Shown in pieces: positions 1 to 10,619 of a DNA stretch of 26,850 nucleotides; position 1 is the first letter of the stretch; each line of letters starts with the position of its first letter. The DNA is from Octopus sinensis (taxonomy: Eukaryota): NCBI RefSeq assembly GCF_006345805.1, contig NW_021836476.1:1-26850 (forward strand), written 5' to 3'. The notes beneath the pieces were generated by a model. The model did not search any database and was not told the origin of the DNA. It saw only the letters and a list, made by a program, of their open reading frames with translations. The position numbers and the translations under genes were made by a program.

Positions 1-190
1 TAGCATTGCTTGACAACCGATGCTGTGTGTTTACGTCCCCGTTACTTAGCGGTTCGGCAAAGAGACCGATAGAATAAGTACTGGGCTTGCAAAAGAATAA
101 GTCCCGGGGTCGAGTTGCTCGATCGAAGGCGGTGCTCCAGCATGGCCGCAGTCAAATGACTGAAACAAGTAAAAGAGTAAAGAGAGTAAA
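1..190 (+). mobile_element. tRNA/CORE-type SINE family A, 3' half (5' half lies outside the window)
   Basis: Colinear with the 3' halves of the full copies at 8877-9306, 13504-13970 and 18403-18816 (TTGACAACCGATGCT...GGTGCTCCAGCATGGCC.CAGTCAAATGACTGAAACAAG). Ends in an AAGAGTA-type tail. Confidence 0.85.
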
Positions 191-279
191 AATCTCGTTC
201 AGAAAAATGAAGTAGAAATGTAAATATCGGTCTTCTTTCTTTTCGTTCTCTAATTTTGGCCTCTACTGTATGCATGTAT

Positions 280-669
280 ATAAATTGAGACAGACATGCA
301 TATAAGCATATACATATATACGCATTTGTATGTACACGAACACACGATATGCTTATACTCATACGCAAATACACATATACACAAAATGTGTATACATATA
401 CATGTATGCATATGCATATATATATATATATATATACATTTATATATATATATATGTACATAAATACATATATATATGTACATATATATGTACATATATA
501 CACACACATCTAGGTTATATAAACGTGCCTTGTTTGAGTCGTTTTCATAAACTCTGTGTGTGTGTAAGTGTGTGTGTGTGCGTGTGTGTCTGTGTGTCTG
601 TGTGTCTGTGTGTCTGTGTGTGTGCGTGTGTGTCTGTGTGTGTGTGCGTGTGTGTCTGTGTCTCTGTGT

Positions 670-700
<31 letters not shown>

Positions 701-735
701 CGCGTGTGTGGCGCGTGCGTGTGTGTGTTTGTGAG
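280..735. repeat. Compound microsatellites: (TA)n/(TACA)n, then (TG)n/(TGTC)n
   Basis: Directly visible. Accounts for all ORFs called in 42-784. Confidence 0.9.
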
Positions 736-1366
736 TCACGTCTCTTTTGCTCTTTTTTCTTTCTTCTTATCAATGTTTAGCTAAAGAAAAATCCTGATTC
801 TTGCTTTTATAACTTCACACAAACTGACAGCTCGGCTTTAGGGGCTTGTTTGTGTTTCTTTTTTTCCGTCATATATTTTTCGTCAGCATCAAGCAACAGA
901 TTCTTTTCTCTGTTGCTTCATATCCTCATTAATATCTGTTGTTTCTCATCGTGAGGTATCTAGCGGGAACAACAGAGAAACGCGATAGAAAAAACATTAT
1001 TCCATACTTTATAACTCACTCATTTTTTTTTTTTTATGGCTTAATCAGAATGAGGACAATTTGTAAAGTTTCCATGACATGTTGAGTAAAGAGGAGGGAG
1101 AAAAGAAAATCATAACGCATGGGTTGGTGCAGTCGGACACACACACACACATGGAGATAACGAAGATGTAAAGTGTAAAGGGGGAAGCAGATAAGGTTTA
1201 TCCGTGGAAAGAAAAGCCTACGGAAAAGACCACGGTAACCTCGGTCAATAATGTCACATGTTAACTCATTTATTTGCAAGTAAGTAACTCTCTGTTTTAA
1301 ATTTTTCCGGGTTCGTAGAATTATGCTCAAGGTGGCTTCGTCATTCATACGTGCCATCCTTGCTAG

Positions 1367-1606
<240 letters not shown>

Positions 1607-1624
1607 AATGTATGTATTCTCGTT

Positions 1625-2290
1625 TAGGTATACAGATTCGAAAGTACTGGCTATATTATCGAAAAACAGTCAGTGATTCACTCCATCGTGACATACACTC
1701 GAGATATATGACTTATGATGTATCACAGGATATTGCAAATGAAAATGGTAGAATGCATTTTGTATAGGTAGGGAAGTTGTGATGTTACAATAAATTTACA
1801 GATTCCGTTTACATGGAGCTGTTGTAAATCAGTTTCTGTCAACAGGGATTACTTCTCGAAGATTGCTAAAACGACTTTCAATCATTGTATCCAGTGGCGA
1901 GAAATTTTTCACCGGAGACAATGATTTCCAGATAAAGGATGACGTGGGTGGCTTTAAGGTCCGTAATTTTTAGCAAGGCAAAAAGCTGCATTTTTGTGAC
2001 ACGTTAAACTACGGAATTGTTCGTTCAATGATATTCTGCATTATTGGATGGCAAACAAATTATGCTTTCTGTCTTCCAGATGTATTGTGACAAAGATTTT
2101 TTAATTTTCCGTTCTTTTATCTGAATGAATAAATGAAGACATTGAGGGAAGCGTTTCTTGAAGGTGTTCGCAGCTATATCGGATTAATTCTTTTCATTAC
2201 CGTCCAGGAATGTTATGTTTTCACGGTATGCGAACCTACTTGCTCAGATCCTCTGAGCGAGCAAATAGATGGTTTTGCAGGATTACGAGT
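1625..2290 (-). pseudogene. Possible very old LINE reverse-transcriptase remnant
   Basis: Manual minus-strand translation gives, in RT order, KHNIPG..KELIRY, KNYGP*S (cf. NYRPIS), HSTIFICNIL and, in another frame, [13 protein letters not shown] (cf. LFxDxxKAFDSV). Many stops and imperfect spacing. Confidence 0.25.
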
Positions 2291-2532
2291 CAACTGATGA
2301 GGTAGTGTTTGAGTGAGAGTATGTTTACAGTTACAATACTTGATTTGATAGACTGTGTTGTCCTGGCGAGTGTTAGTGATCTTAGTGGTGGGGGTGTTGA
2401 AAAACGTGTGATAAATGAGCGCGTATTTGGAAATATTGTTTTATTAGTTCTTGGTAACTTCTAGGTTGCAAGTAGGATTTAAATTTGATTATATTTCTCT
2501 TCTCTTTTCAGCGCCTCAGCAGGGAAGAAAAC

Positions 2533-2620
2533 AAATAATAAGGTAAAGTTGATCTTGACAGAATTTGAACTCAAAACGTAAAGAATCGGAACAAATAAGG
2601 TGAGGCATTTTGTCTAACGT
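2533..2620 (-). mobile_element. SINE family B fragment (tRNA-related part, antisense)
   Basis: AAGGTAAAGTTGATCTTGACAGAATTTGAACTCAAAACGTAAAGA reverse-complements to the TTTATGTTCTGAGTTCAAACTCCGTCAAAGTCGA segment at ~21853-21887 and the CCAAGGTCGACTTTGCCTT segment at ~5473-5491. Confidence 0.55.
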
Positions 2621-3037
2621 TATCACGAGTGTACCTGAGTTTCTATCATGGGTAAAAGGACCGAAATTTTATGGAAGTGCAATTCAGTAAAGTAACACCC
2701 GTATATAACTATTATTGATCCAAAAGGATGAACGATAAAAGAAAAAATGTGTATAGGGTATTTGAATTCAGAATCTACCAAAGTTGACTTGCTTTTCTCA
2801 TTTCAGACTCGATAAAATACATAACTTTTTTCATGTAGTACTCAGATCGATTGAATCGATTTGACTCATCTCACAAATACTTCCTGATTACTTACTTTTT
2901 TTTTCAGTTTGAAAGGACGACGACATATCTGTAACAAAGAATTGAAGAAACGAATCGAATATGAACTATTTCAAAATTAACAAAGAAAAACAGGATATGG
3001 AATATATAGTATGTTAGTACTCAAATAACAGATGCCA

Positions 3038-3170
3038 TAATAATAATAATAATAATAATAATAACTGGTAGACAGGGGGTGATATAAAGACCGATACAGA
3101 CAAATATATAAGCAACAAGATCATAGGACAACTTGTATACCAATGTACAATACAAGTACTAAGTAATAAC

Positions 3171-3221
<51 letters not shown>

Positions 3222-3690
3222 CTTGTGCATGCACACGAACAGATTCTGTATGTGTTTGTCTATATATATACATACATACATACATACATACATACATACA
3301 TACATACATACATACATACATCTATGTATGTAAAATGTGACGTACCATCAATGCATGACAATACAGAAAAATAGCATGAAGGTATTTGTGTGCGTGTGGT
3401 GTGTGTGTGTGTGTGTGTGCATGTGTGTGTGTATGCAGATGTGTGTGTGTTTGTGTGTACGTATGTACCTATATACTTATATACACACACAATCTAGGGT
3501 GAACATAATTATTACGCACTGTTTGGAAAACTTAGTATGACAGATACTTACACATACCTAAGTACACACATACACATACATACGTGAAATTACATTCATA
3601 TATATATATATGAATGTATATGCATGTGTATCTATGTATGTGTATATATATATAAATATATATAGATATATAAATATATATATATATATC

Positions 3691-3730
<40 letters not shown>

Positions 3731-3990
3731 GTAATGTATATATATATATTACATATACATATATATATATGTGTATATGTATATATATAATATATACATA
3801 TACATATACATATATGTGTGTGTGTGTGTATGTGTACACATACATATACACATATACATGCATATATGTACACATGCGCACACACATACACATATACGCA
3901 TACACACGCCTACAAACACACACATACACATATATATATATACGCACACATACATGCGTGCACACATACATGCCCACACACACAGACACG
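3038..3990. repeat. Microsatellite cluster: (AAT)n, (TA)n, (TACA)n, (TG)n, (CA)n
   Basis: Directly visible. Confidence 0.9.
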
Positions 3991-4088
3991 CAGAGTAAAA
4001 TAGAGAGAATCAAAACAAACACTGTTTATGCCCGAGGCAAAAGGAACTACATCTCTTTACAAAGTAAAAAGCACTCAACAGAAAGAAA

Positions 4089-4248
4089 ACTACTACTACT
4101 ACTACTACTACCGCTACTACTACTACCGCTACTACTACTACTGCTGCTACTTCTGCTCCTGCCACGGCTATAACGATGATGACGACGTCGAAACGTCTAC
4201 GATAATGGTGAAGGTGGTAATGATAAGGATGAGGATGACGATGATGAC

Positions 4249-4284
<36 letters not shown>

Positions 4285-4750
4285 AATGATGATGATGATG
4301 GTGGTGGTGATGATGATGGCGATGATGATGACGATGATGATGATGATGACGACGACGATGATGACGACGATGATGATGACGATGATGATGATGATGGTGA
4401 CGATGATGACGACGATGATGATAATGACGATGATGATGACGATGATGATGATGATGGTGACGATGATGACGACGATGATGATAATGACGATGATGATGAC
4501 GATGATGATGATGACGATGACGATGATGATGATGATGATGATGACGATGGGAGTGATGTTGCTGGTGATGGTGATGGCGATGGTGATGTTGATAGAGGCG
4601 TGATTATGGTGGTAGTGGTAGTGGTTGTGGTGGTGGTGGTGGTGTGGTGGTGGTGGCGGCGGTGGTGGTTGCGGTGGTGGTGGTTGTGGTGTTGGCGATA
4701 AAGGAAAACGATGATGATGATGTTGATGACGACGACGACGACGATGAGGA
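4089..4750. repeat. Trinucleotide arrays: (CTA)n, (GAT/GAC)n, (GGT)n, (GAT/GAC)n
   Basis: Directly visible. Includes an exact 60-bp tandem duplication (4381-4440 = 4441-4500). Confidence 0.95.
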
Positions 4751-4810
4751 CGCTTTTTGAGGGATTTCAATCCGAATTTGGACCAAGAAAACTCCCACCA
4801 TGCTAAACAC

Positions 4811-4821
4811 TAGTAATAATT

Positions 4822-4866
<45 letters not shown>

Positions 4867-4908
4867 ATTGTAGTAGAAGAAGTAGTAGTAGTAGTAGTAG
4901 TAATTGTA

Positions 4909-4948
<40 letters not shown>

Positions 4949-4970
4949 AAGAAGTAGTAGTAGTAGTAGT

Positions 4971-5002
<32 letters not shown>

Positions 5003-5019
5003 TAGTAGTGGTAGTAGTC

Positions 5020-5051
<32 letters not shown>

Positions 5052-5072
5052 GGTAGTAGTAGTAGTGGTAGC

Positions 5073-5166
<94 letters not shown>

Positions 5167-5201
5167 TAGCAGTAGTAGTAGTAGTAGTAGTAGTAGTAGT
5201 C

Positions 5202-5238
<37 letters not shown>

Positions 5239-5248
5239 TAGTAGTAGT
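4811..5248. repeat. (GTA)n/(GCA)n trinucleotide array
   Basis: Directly visible. Confidence 0.95.
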
Positions 5249-5455
5249 TTACGGCTAATTACAAATGTCAATCATTCTAATTACATTGCTAGACCTATCA
5301 ACATTCTCGACTAAATTATAAAAACGTTTTGTTTCGAGCGAACCGTTGTTGGTTTGTTTGTTTTGTCTTTGTTTAATTGTTTTTCTACTTGTTTTTTTTT
5401 TCTTGTTTTGTTTTGTTTGTTTTTCCGTCGATTTTATTTTCTCTTTACTATTACA

Positions 5456-5597
5456 ACGATGGATTCTGCTGCCAAGGTCGACTTTGCCTTTCGTCCTTTT
5501 GGAGTCGATAAAATAAATAGCAGTTAAGCACTGGCGTCGATGTAATCGACTTAGTCTCCTACTCCAGAATTGCTGGCCTTGTGCCAAAATCTGAAAC
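5456..5597 (+). mobile_element. SINE family B, 5'-truncated body and 3' part
   Basis: CCAAGGTCGACTTTGCCTTTCGTCCTTTTGGAGTCGATAAAATAA...CTGGCGTCGATGTAATCGACT...GGCCTTGTGCC. Matches the other family B fragments in the window. Family identity is from recall of Octopus repeats. Confidence 0.65.
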
Positions 5598-5640
5598 CGA
5601 TATCATACGATGGATTCCGCCGAGGTCAAATTTCCTCTAC

Positions 5641-5795
5641 TCTTTTATTCTTTTACTTGTTTCAGTCATTTGACGGCGGCCATGCTGGAGCACCGCCTTT
5701 AGTCGAGCAAATCAACCCCAGGACTTATTCTTTGTAAGCCTAGTACTTATTCTATCGGTCTCTTTTGCTGAACCGCTAAGTTACGTGGACGTAAA
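5641..5795 (-). mobile_element. SINE family A, 3' fragment, antisense
   Basis: Reverse complement of the 3' ~150 bp of the full copies. Breaks at GTAAA (5791-5795). Confidence 0.88.
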
Positions 5796-5834
5796 AGAGT
5801 AAAAGAGTAAAGAGTGTATGTATATATATACATA

Positions 5835-6055
5835 TATTCGCTTCTTTCTTCTAAGGAATCTAATGCTCTTAGCTTAGTTTTTCCTTGGGGCTGGCCAGAT
5901 TGGAACAATTTCGAATATAATCAGCCGAAATTGCGAAGATAATCTGGTACTCGACTAAGGAAAGAAAACTTCGAATGACCCGTCCTTGTTTTCTTTGTAT
6001 CGTCTATCTGGATGTTTTGTTGTCCCTTTTCGTATCACCTAGTTGATACAGATAA
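5835..6055 (-). mobile_element. Island between TA/TG repeats with a hammerhead-like core; possible Penelope-like terminal-repeat remnant
   Basis: Non-repetitive ~220 bp between TA-rich runs. Minus strand 5929-5900 reads TTCGG CTGATTA TATTC GAAA TTG TT CCAA. Confidence 0.3.
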
Positions 6056-6905
6056 CATATATACATGTGTGTGCAGACATTTGTATGCCATTCCAAATAT
6101 TCTCCACCTGAGATTCTTTAGGTGAATAGACGCACACACCCACTCAACCACATATTTACAAACACCAGGAACTCTCGTAACTCGAAAAGTCTTTTATCAT
6201 TGTTAACGACCGACTTGAACTCTCTCAATAATATCTTCAATAAAACTCGAAGAAAAGCATATATATATGTAATCCACCAAGAGGTTTCTACAGATGACCA
6301 TCTCATCCAGCGTTAACATTCCATAAGACTTCAGGTAATGAATTTGAAGTCCTTCAAATCATTGTATTTGGAATGTCATGTGGGGAATCCATTAATAAAC
6401 TGATTTTTTTTTGCTTCTTTTTTCTTATGGCGGTGAATGTATGTTTTCTTAGAAACAACAAATATTTCAACAGGCGGTTGTTGAGGTTGGCTCTTCGTAA
6501 AAATAAAGATAATTCTTAGAATGTTAAGGTTTGCAAAAAAAAAACCAACTTGTAAACAAAGCGATGACAGCAATGTTTAAGTGTGCATGTTTTTTTAAAT
6601 AATGAAATCCTGAAAAACGCTAATCCGTAAAAAAAAAAAAAACTAATATTGCGCATTTCTATAGAAAATAATTCCTAAAACCATCACTTATGTAGTTTTA
6701 GTTTGAACGGAATTTTTAACAACATTCTTTATATATGCGTGAGCGTGTATATGTATGAGTGTGTGTGCATGTGTGTATGTACATGTGTTTGTGTATACAA
6801 AGATATATATAAATATACACATATATGGGCTTTGTGTACATGCTAACAAACCAATTACATAAAAACTCCATAAAGTTTACTCCGTTTAAACACTTAGATT
6901 ACATA

Positions 6906-7426
6906 CCGTAAATCCTCGAGTATAGTTCGCCCTTGAGCATAATACGCAGGGGATTTTTAGGGGCTATACTTCTGAAAAGCCTAAACCTTATGTATAATAC
7001 ACACCCCTTCTCTAACTTGAGTCGTACGGAATTAAGCCAGCAGCACCTAGCCGAACAAACACTTCCGCGCATGCGTAATACAATAATGGTGATGTTCTTA
7101 ACTGTTATATGGGAATGTAAATATGTTTGCAAATTGTTTTTGTTACATGTTATTCTGTGTTCTGAATACTTTTATTTTATTAAATGTTGCTTACAGCAAG
7201 TTATGGATGATTCTTTTATGACTTCATTACTTTCAGGCTTAGCTTAAAGTATTTTCGCACCCGACATCACAAAATGCGTCTGAATAAACATTGCCGGACA
7301 GCAAATAGAGATTTGGACATTGCTTAGAAAATATTTTTCATTTTCAACCTCGAATATAATACGCACTAAGGATTTTGACCTTTAAACTTTTGGGGGAAAA
7401 TGCGGATTATACTCGAGAATTTACGG
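6906..7426. mobile_element. Non-autonomous Tc1/mariner-superfamily (Tc2/pogo-type) MITE, 521 bp
   Basis: 19-bp TIRs CCGTAAATCCTCGAGTATA (6906-6924) and TATACTCGAGAATTTACGG (7408-7426), 1 mismatch. TA on both sides (6904-6905, 7427-7428). CCGTA termini with a TA target duplication are typical of Tc2-like elements. No transposase. Confidence 0.85.
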
Positions 7427-7690
7427 TATCTATATAAGCAGTTTCATATACTGAGAAACAGGCAATATCAGATGAATGGAGCAAAACGCATTTGAAAAAA
7501 GACACTCAAAAATAAAATCGGCACTATTTCAGCATATTCATTCCTACAATTATTTCACTAATCCTTACATCATATCACAATATATTTCAAAACATTTCCC
7601 TTGCTATAAATTCTTGTATAATTCGTTTCGTAACTATGATTGTGATGTAAGAATCATTGAAATAGCGGTAGGAAAGACTATATGATTATA

Positions 7691-8071
7691 TTCTTTTATT
7701 CTTATACTTGTTTCAGTCATTTGACTGCCACCATACTAGAACACTGCCTTCAGGGGTTTTTCGTCGAACAAATCAAACCCAGGACTTATTTTTTTAAGCC
7801 TAATACTTATTCTATTGGTCTCGTTTGCAGAACCGCTAAGTTACGGGGACGTAAACACACCAAAACCGGTTATCAAGCGGTGGTGAAGGACAAACACAGA
7901 CACAAAAACACACACACAGATATATATTATGTATATTATATATATATATATTATTATATATATATTATTATATACACGACAGACTTCTTTCAGTTTCTGT
8001 CTACTATATCCACTCAAAAGGCTTTGAACCCCGAACCATGTGGTTGCGAAGCAAGCTTCTACCACACCCAC
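7691..8071 (-). mobile_element. SINE family A, near full length, antisense, ~55-bp internal deletion of the CORE-like segment
   Basis: Reverse complement of the full copies. The segment containing GCACCTTGGGCAAGTG is missing at ~8026, where AAGGCTTTG joins AACCCCGAACCATG. Confidence 0.85.
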
Positions 8072-8107
8072 GGTATTGTTTTCTGGTATGTTTTTCGTCA
8101 TTCTTTC

Positions 8108-8330
8108 AAATATATTATCTATAATATATATCTATATATATATATATATAATATAATATATATATATATATATAAGCGTGTGTGTATACGTACACACATA
8201 CTTATTTTCATTGTTTTCTTATAACATTGTTTCTGTACACATACACACATAAGTGCATGCATGTATACACACACACACACATACATACATACATACATAC
8301 ATACATACATACATACATACATACATACAT
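8108..8330. repeat. (TA)n, (CA)n and (TACA)n microsatellites
   Basis: Directly visible. Confidence 0.9.
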
Positions 8331-8635
8331 AAACAAACTATGCGCAATGAACTATCCTAATTCTACTTTCCCATAACTTATTAAACGTATAATGTGTGCT
8401 ATCTTGCAGCTCCGGCAGCGTTGACATGTAAATTCATCGTAGTTGCCTATAGACACAAACTGCAGTAATAAACAACAATAAATAAATGAGAAAACAACAG
8501 GTATTATGTAATCACGTTCATTGGCTTGCATCTGTTTCATCTACCAGAAACTGCAGAAAGTACAGAAACTACTGCAAACTAATAAATGTGATTGCGTAAC
8601 AACTATTCTTTTTTCATTTATTTACTAATTCATAT

Positions 8636-8675
<40 letters not shown>

Positions 8676-8684
8676 GTGTGTGTG

Positions 8685-8862
8685 CTCTCTCTCCTTGTTT
8701 CTATCCTTTTTTTTTTCTGTGTCCCTTTCCGTAGAAGGGCGTAGGTTCGAAACGTAAAAGACTTTTTCTATTCCTGAGCGTTATACTAATACATCTGTTT
8801 GTTTTGTACACCACCTGTCTTCGTCTTTTGGTTTTTTCGTAAACTCTCCCTACATATGTATG
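8685..8862 (+). mobile_element. Island between TA/TG repeats with a degenerate hammerhead fold; probable Penelope-like terminal-repeat remnant
   Basis: ~180 bp between TA/TG runs. 8721-8762 fits a minimal type I hammerhead layout with two core substitutions. Confidence 0.4.
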
Positions 8863-8876
8863 TGTATATATATATA

Positions 8877-9038
8877 GGAGTGGCTGTGTGGTAAGTAGCT
8901 TGCTTACCAACCACATGGTTCCGGATTCAGTCCCACTGCGTGGCACCTTGGACAAGTGTCTTCTACTATAGCTCAAGCCGATCAAAGCCTTGTCAGTGGC
9001 TTTGGCAGACGGAAACTGAAGGAAGCCGTCGTATATTA

Positions 9039-9076
<38 letters not shown>

Positions 9077-9306
9077 ATTGTGTGTGTGTGTGTGTGTGGT
9101 GTGTGTGTGTTTGTGTGTCTGAGTTTGTCCCCCCAACATCGCTTGACAACCGATGCTGGTGTGTCCCCGTAACATAGCGGTTCGGCAAAAGAGACCGATA
9201 GAATAAGTACTAGGCTTACAAAAAAATAAGTCCTGGGGTCGATTTGCTCGACTAAAGGCGGTGCTCCAGCATGGCCACAGTCAAACGACTGAAACAAGGA
9301 AAAGAG
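8877..9306 (+). mobile_element. SINE family A, full length (tRNA head, CORE-like box, internal microsatellite, AAGAG tail)
   Basis: Pol III A box TGGCTGTGTGG (8881-8891) and B box GGATTCAGTCC (8923-8933). CACCTTGGACAAGTG resembles the CCTTGGGCAAGT motif of CORE-SINEs. Flanked by (TA)n on both sides. Confidence 0.9.
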
Positions 9307-9449
9307 TATATATATATATATATATATCCATATATTAAAAGTATTAATGTTTGCTTATTATTCCAGAATTTTTCAAATAATTTCTTAGTACCGGTTTTTT
9401 TATTCTTTTCGAGGAAGAGATCTAAGGTTCATTTTTCAACTAAACCCTT

Positions 9450-9860
9450 TTTTTTTTTTTTTTGAAACTCCGTGTTGGTTTGTCTCCCTTTGCTACACCA
9501 CTTTCCGTTTGAACTTCTTGAGTACAACCTACTTCAAAATATACTTTGTTTCCAGTGAATAAGTACATCAAAGAATTGTTTTATCATTCGCTTCTTTTAA
9601 CACCTGCTCCCAGAAACCTGACACTTTTTTACAATCTTTTCGCAGATCTGACTTTAAACTTCTCACCTTTAATAGATTTCCAATTGTCATTCTTTGATTT
9701 ATTTTCTTTACTATTTCTTAAAAAATATACATACATCGTCTCAATGTTGTTCAAATTTTTTTTTGATTTTTATGCTATATTTCCAACAAAATTCCACTAC
9801 CATATTTTCAACAATTCTTTCCAACATGTATATATATTTTCAACATTGAGTTTTACAACA
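9450..9860 (-). pseudogene. Probable L1/Tx1-type LINE ORF2 C-terminal remnant
   Basis: 9717->9571 translates to EIVKKINQRMTIGNLLKVRSLKSDLRKDCKKVSGFWEQVLKEANDKTIL, resembling the zf-RVT region (KILHRxL...HLFxxCxxVxxFWxxV) without its CxxC part. An upstream CWKELLKIW-like peptide lies near 9800-9830, and an A-run (T on +) at ~9449-9463. Confidence 0.4.
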
Positions 9861-10191
9861 TATTTCTATAGATCGCTTCCATAATAGACATTGCTCGAAT
9901 TTTGGCTCATGTCATTATTTCTATATACGCATTAAGCAGTTGGATCTTTCTAAACATGGAATGTAAAAACACTTAGAATTTTAACCTGAGCCACGCCTCT
10001 GAATTGTGTTTCCTCTTCGTCCTCCCCCTCTCTCCTCGTCGCCAGTCACGCCTTCTTTAATTTATTATCTTCTTTCTTTTATATTTTTCTTCGTTAGTTC
10101 CCCCCCCTCGTTCCACAAAGTTTCTTCCATTTTCATGGAGGTTTTCTGTCTCTTGTTCTAACGAGATCAAAACGATCGAAACATTTATATG

Positions 10192-10220
10192 AACAATTAG
10201 ACAGACAGACAGACAAAAAA

Positions 10221-10261
<41 letters not shown>

Positions 10262-10274
10262 TAGAAAGATAGAT

Positions 10275-10318
<44 letters not shown>

Positions 10319-10392
10319 GAGATCGATGGATGGATGATGGATGGATAGATAGATAGATAGATAGATAGATTAGATGATAGATAGATAGATAG

Positions 10393-10439
<47 letters not shown>

Positions 10440-10455
10440 AGTAGATAGATAGAGA
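10192..10455 (+). repeat. (GACA)n/(GATA)n/(GATG)n array
   Basis: Directly visible. Confidence 0.95.
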
Positions 10456-10509
10456 TTAACATGTTTATGTATATACTAATGTAATTATAATGATGAATAC
10501 GTGGGTGTT

Positions 10510-10588
10510 GTAGATATATATATATATAAATATATGTATATATCCATATATATATGTATAACTGCTTTTGTGTGCATCTGTGCGAATG

Positions 10589-10619
<31 letters not shown>

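Noticed and set aside
891-918. 10-bp perfect hairpin AAGCAACAGA/TCTGTTGCTT with an 8-nt loop
   Set aside because: Isolated, with no target duplication or family context. Plausible by chance in 27 kb.
1034-1357. 107-aa minus-strand ORF and purine-rich plus-strand stretch
   Set aside because: No recognisable domain, runs through a (CA)n tract, and the plus-strand frames stop early.
2294-2300. Perfect hammerhead core CTGATGA
   Set aside because: The next GAAA is about 100 nt away, and I found no stem I or III pairing.
2512-2542. Possible 31-nt cassette exon (pyrimidine tract plus AG at 2510-2511; GTAAAG donor inside an antisense SINE B)
   Set aside because: Weak donor, frame-shifting length and no other exons in the window. 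Would need RNA-seq.
6122-6316. 64-aa ORF with HPLNHIF, reminiscent of LINE ORF2 ends
   Set aside because: One short motif with no further support.
6899-7247. ORFs inside the MITE as a possible transposase
   Set aside because: No HTH or DDD motifs, and far too short.
8877-8950. Functional tRNA gene
   Set aside because: A and B boxes are present, but there is no convincing cloverleaf and the sequence continues into SINE body. The same applies to 13504, 18331 and 18403.
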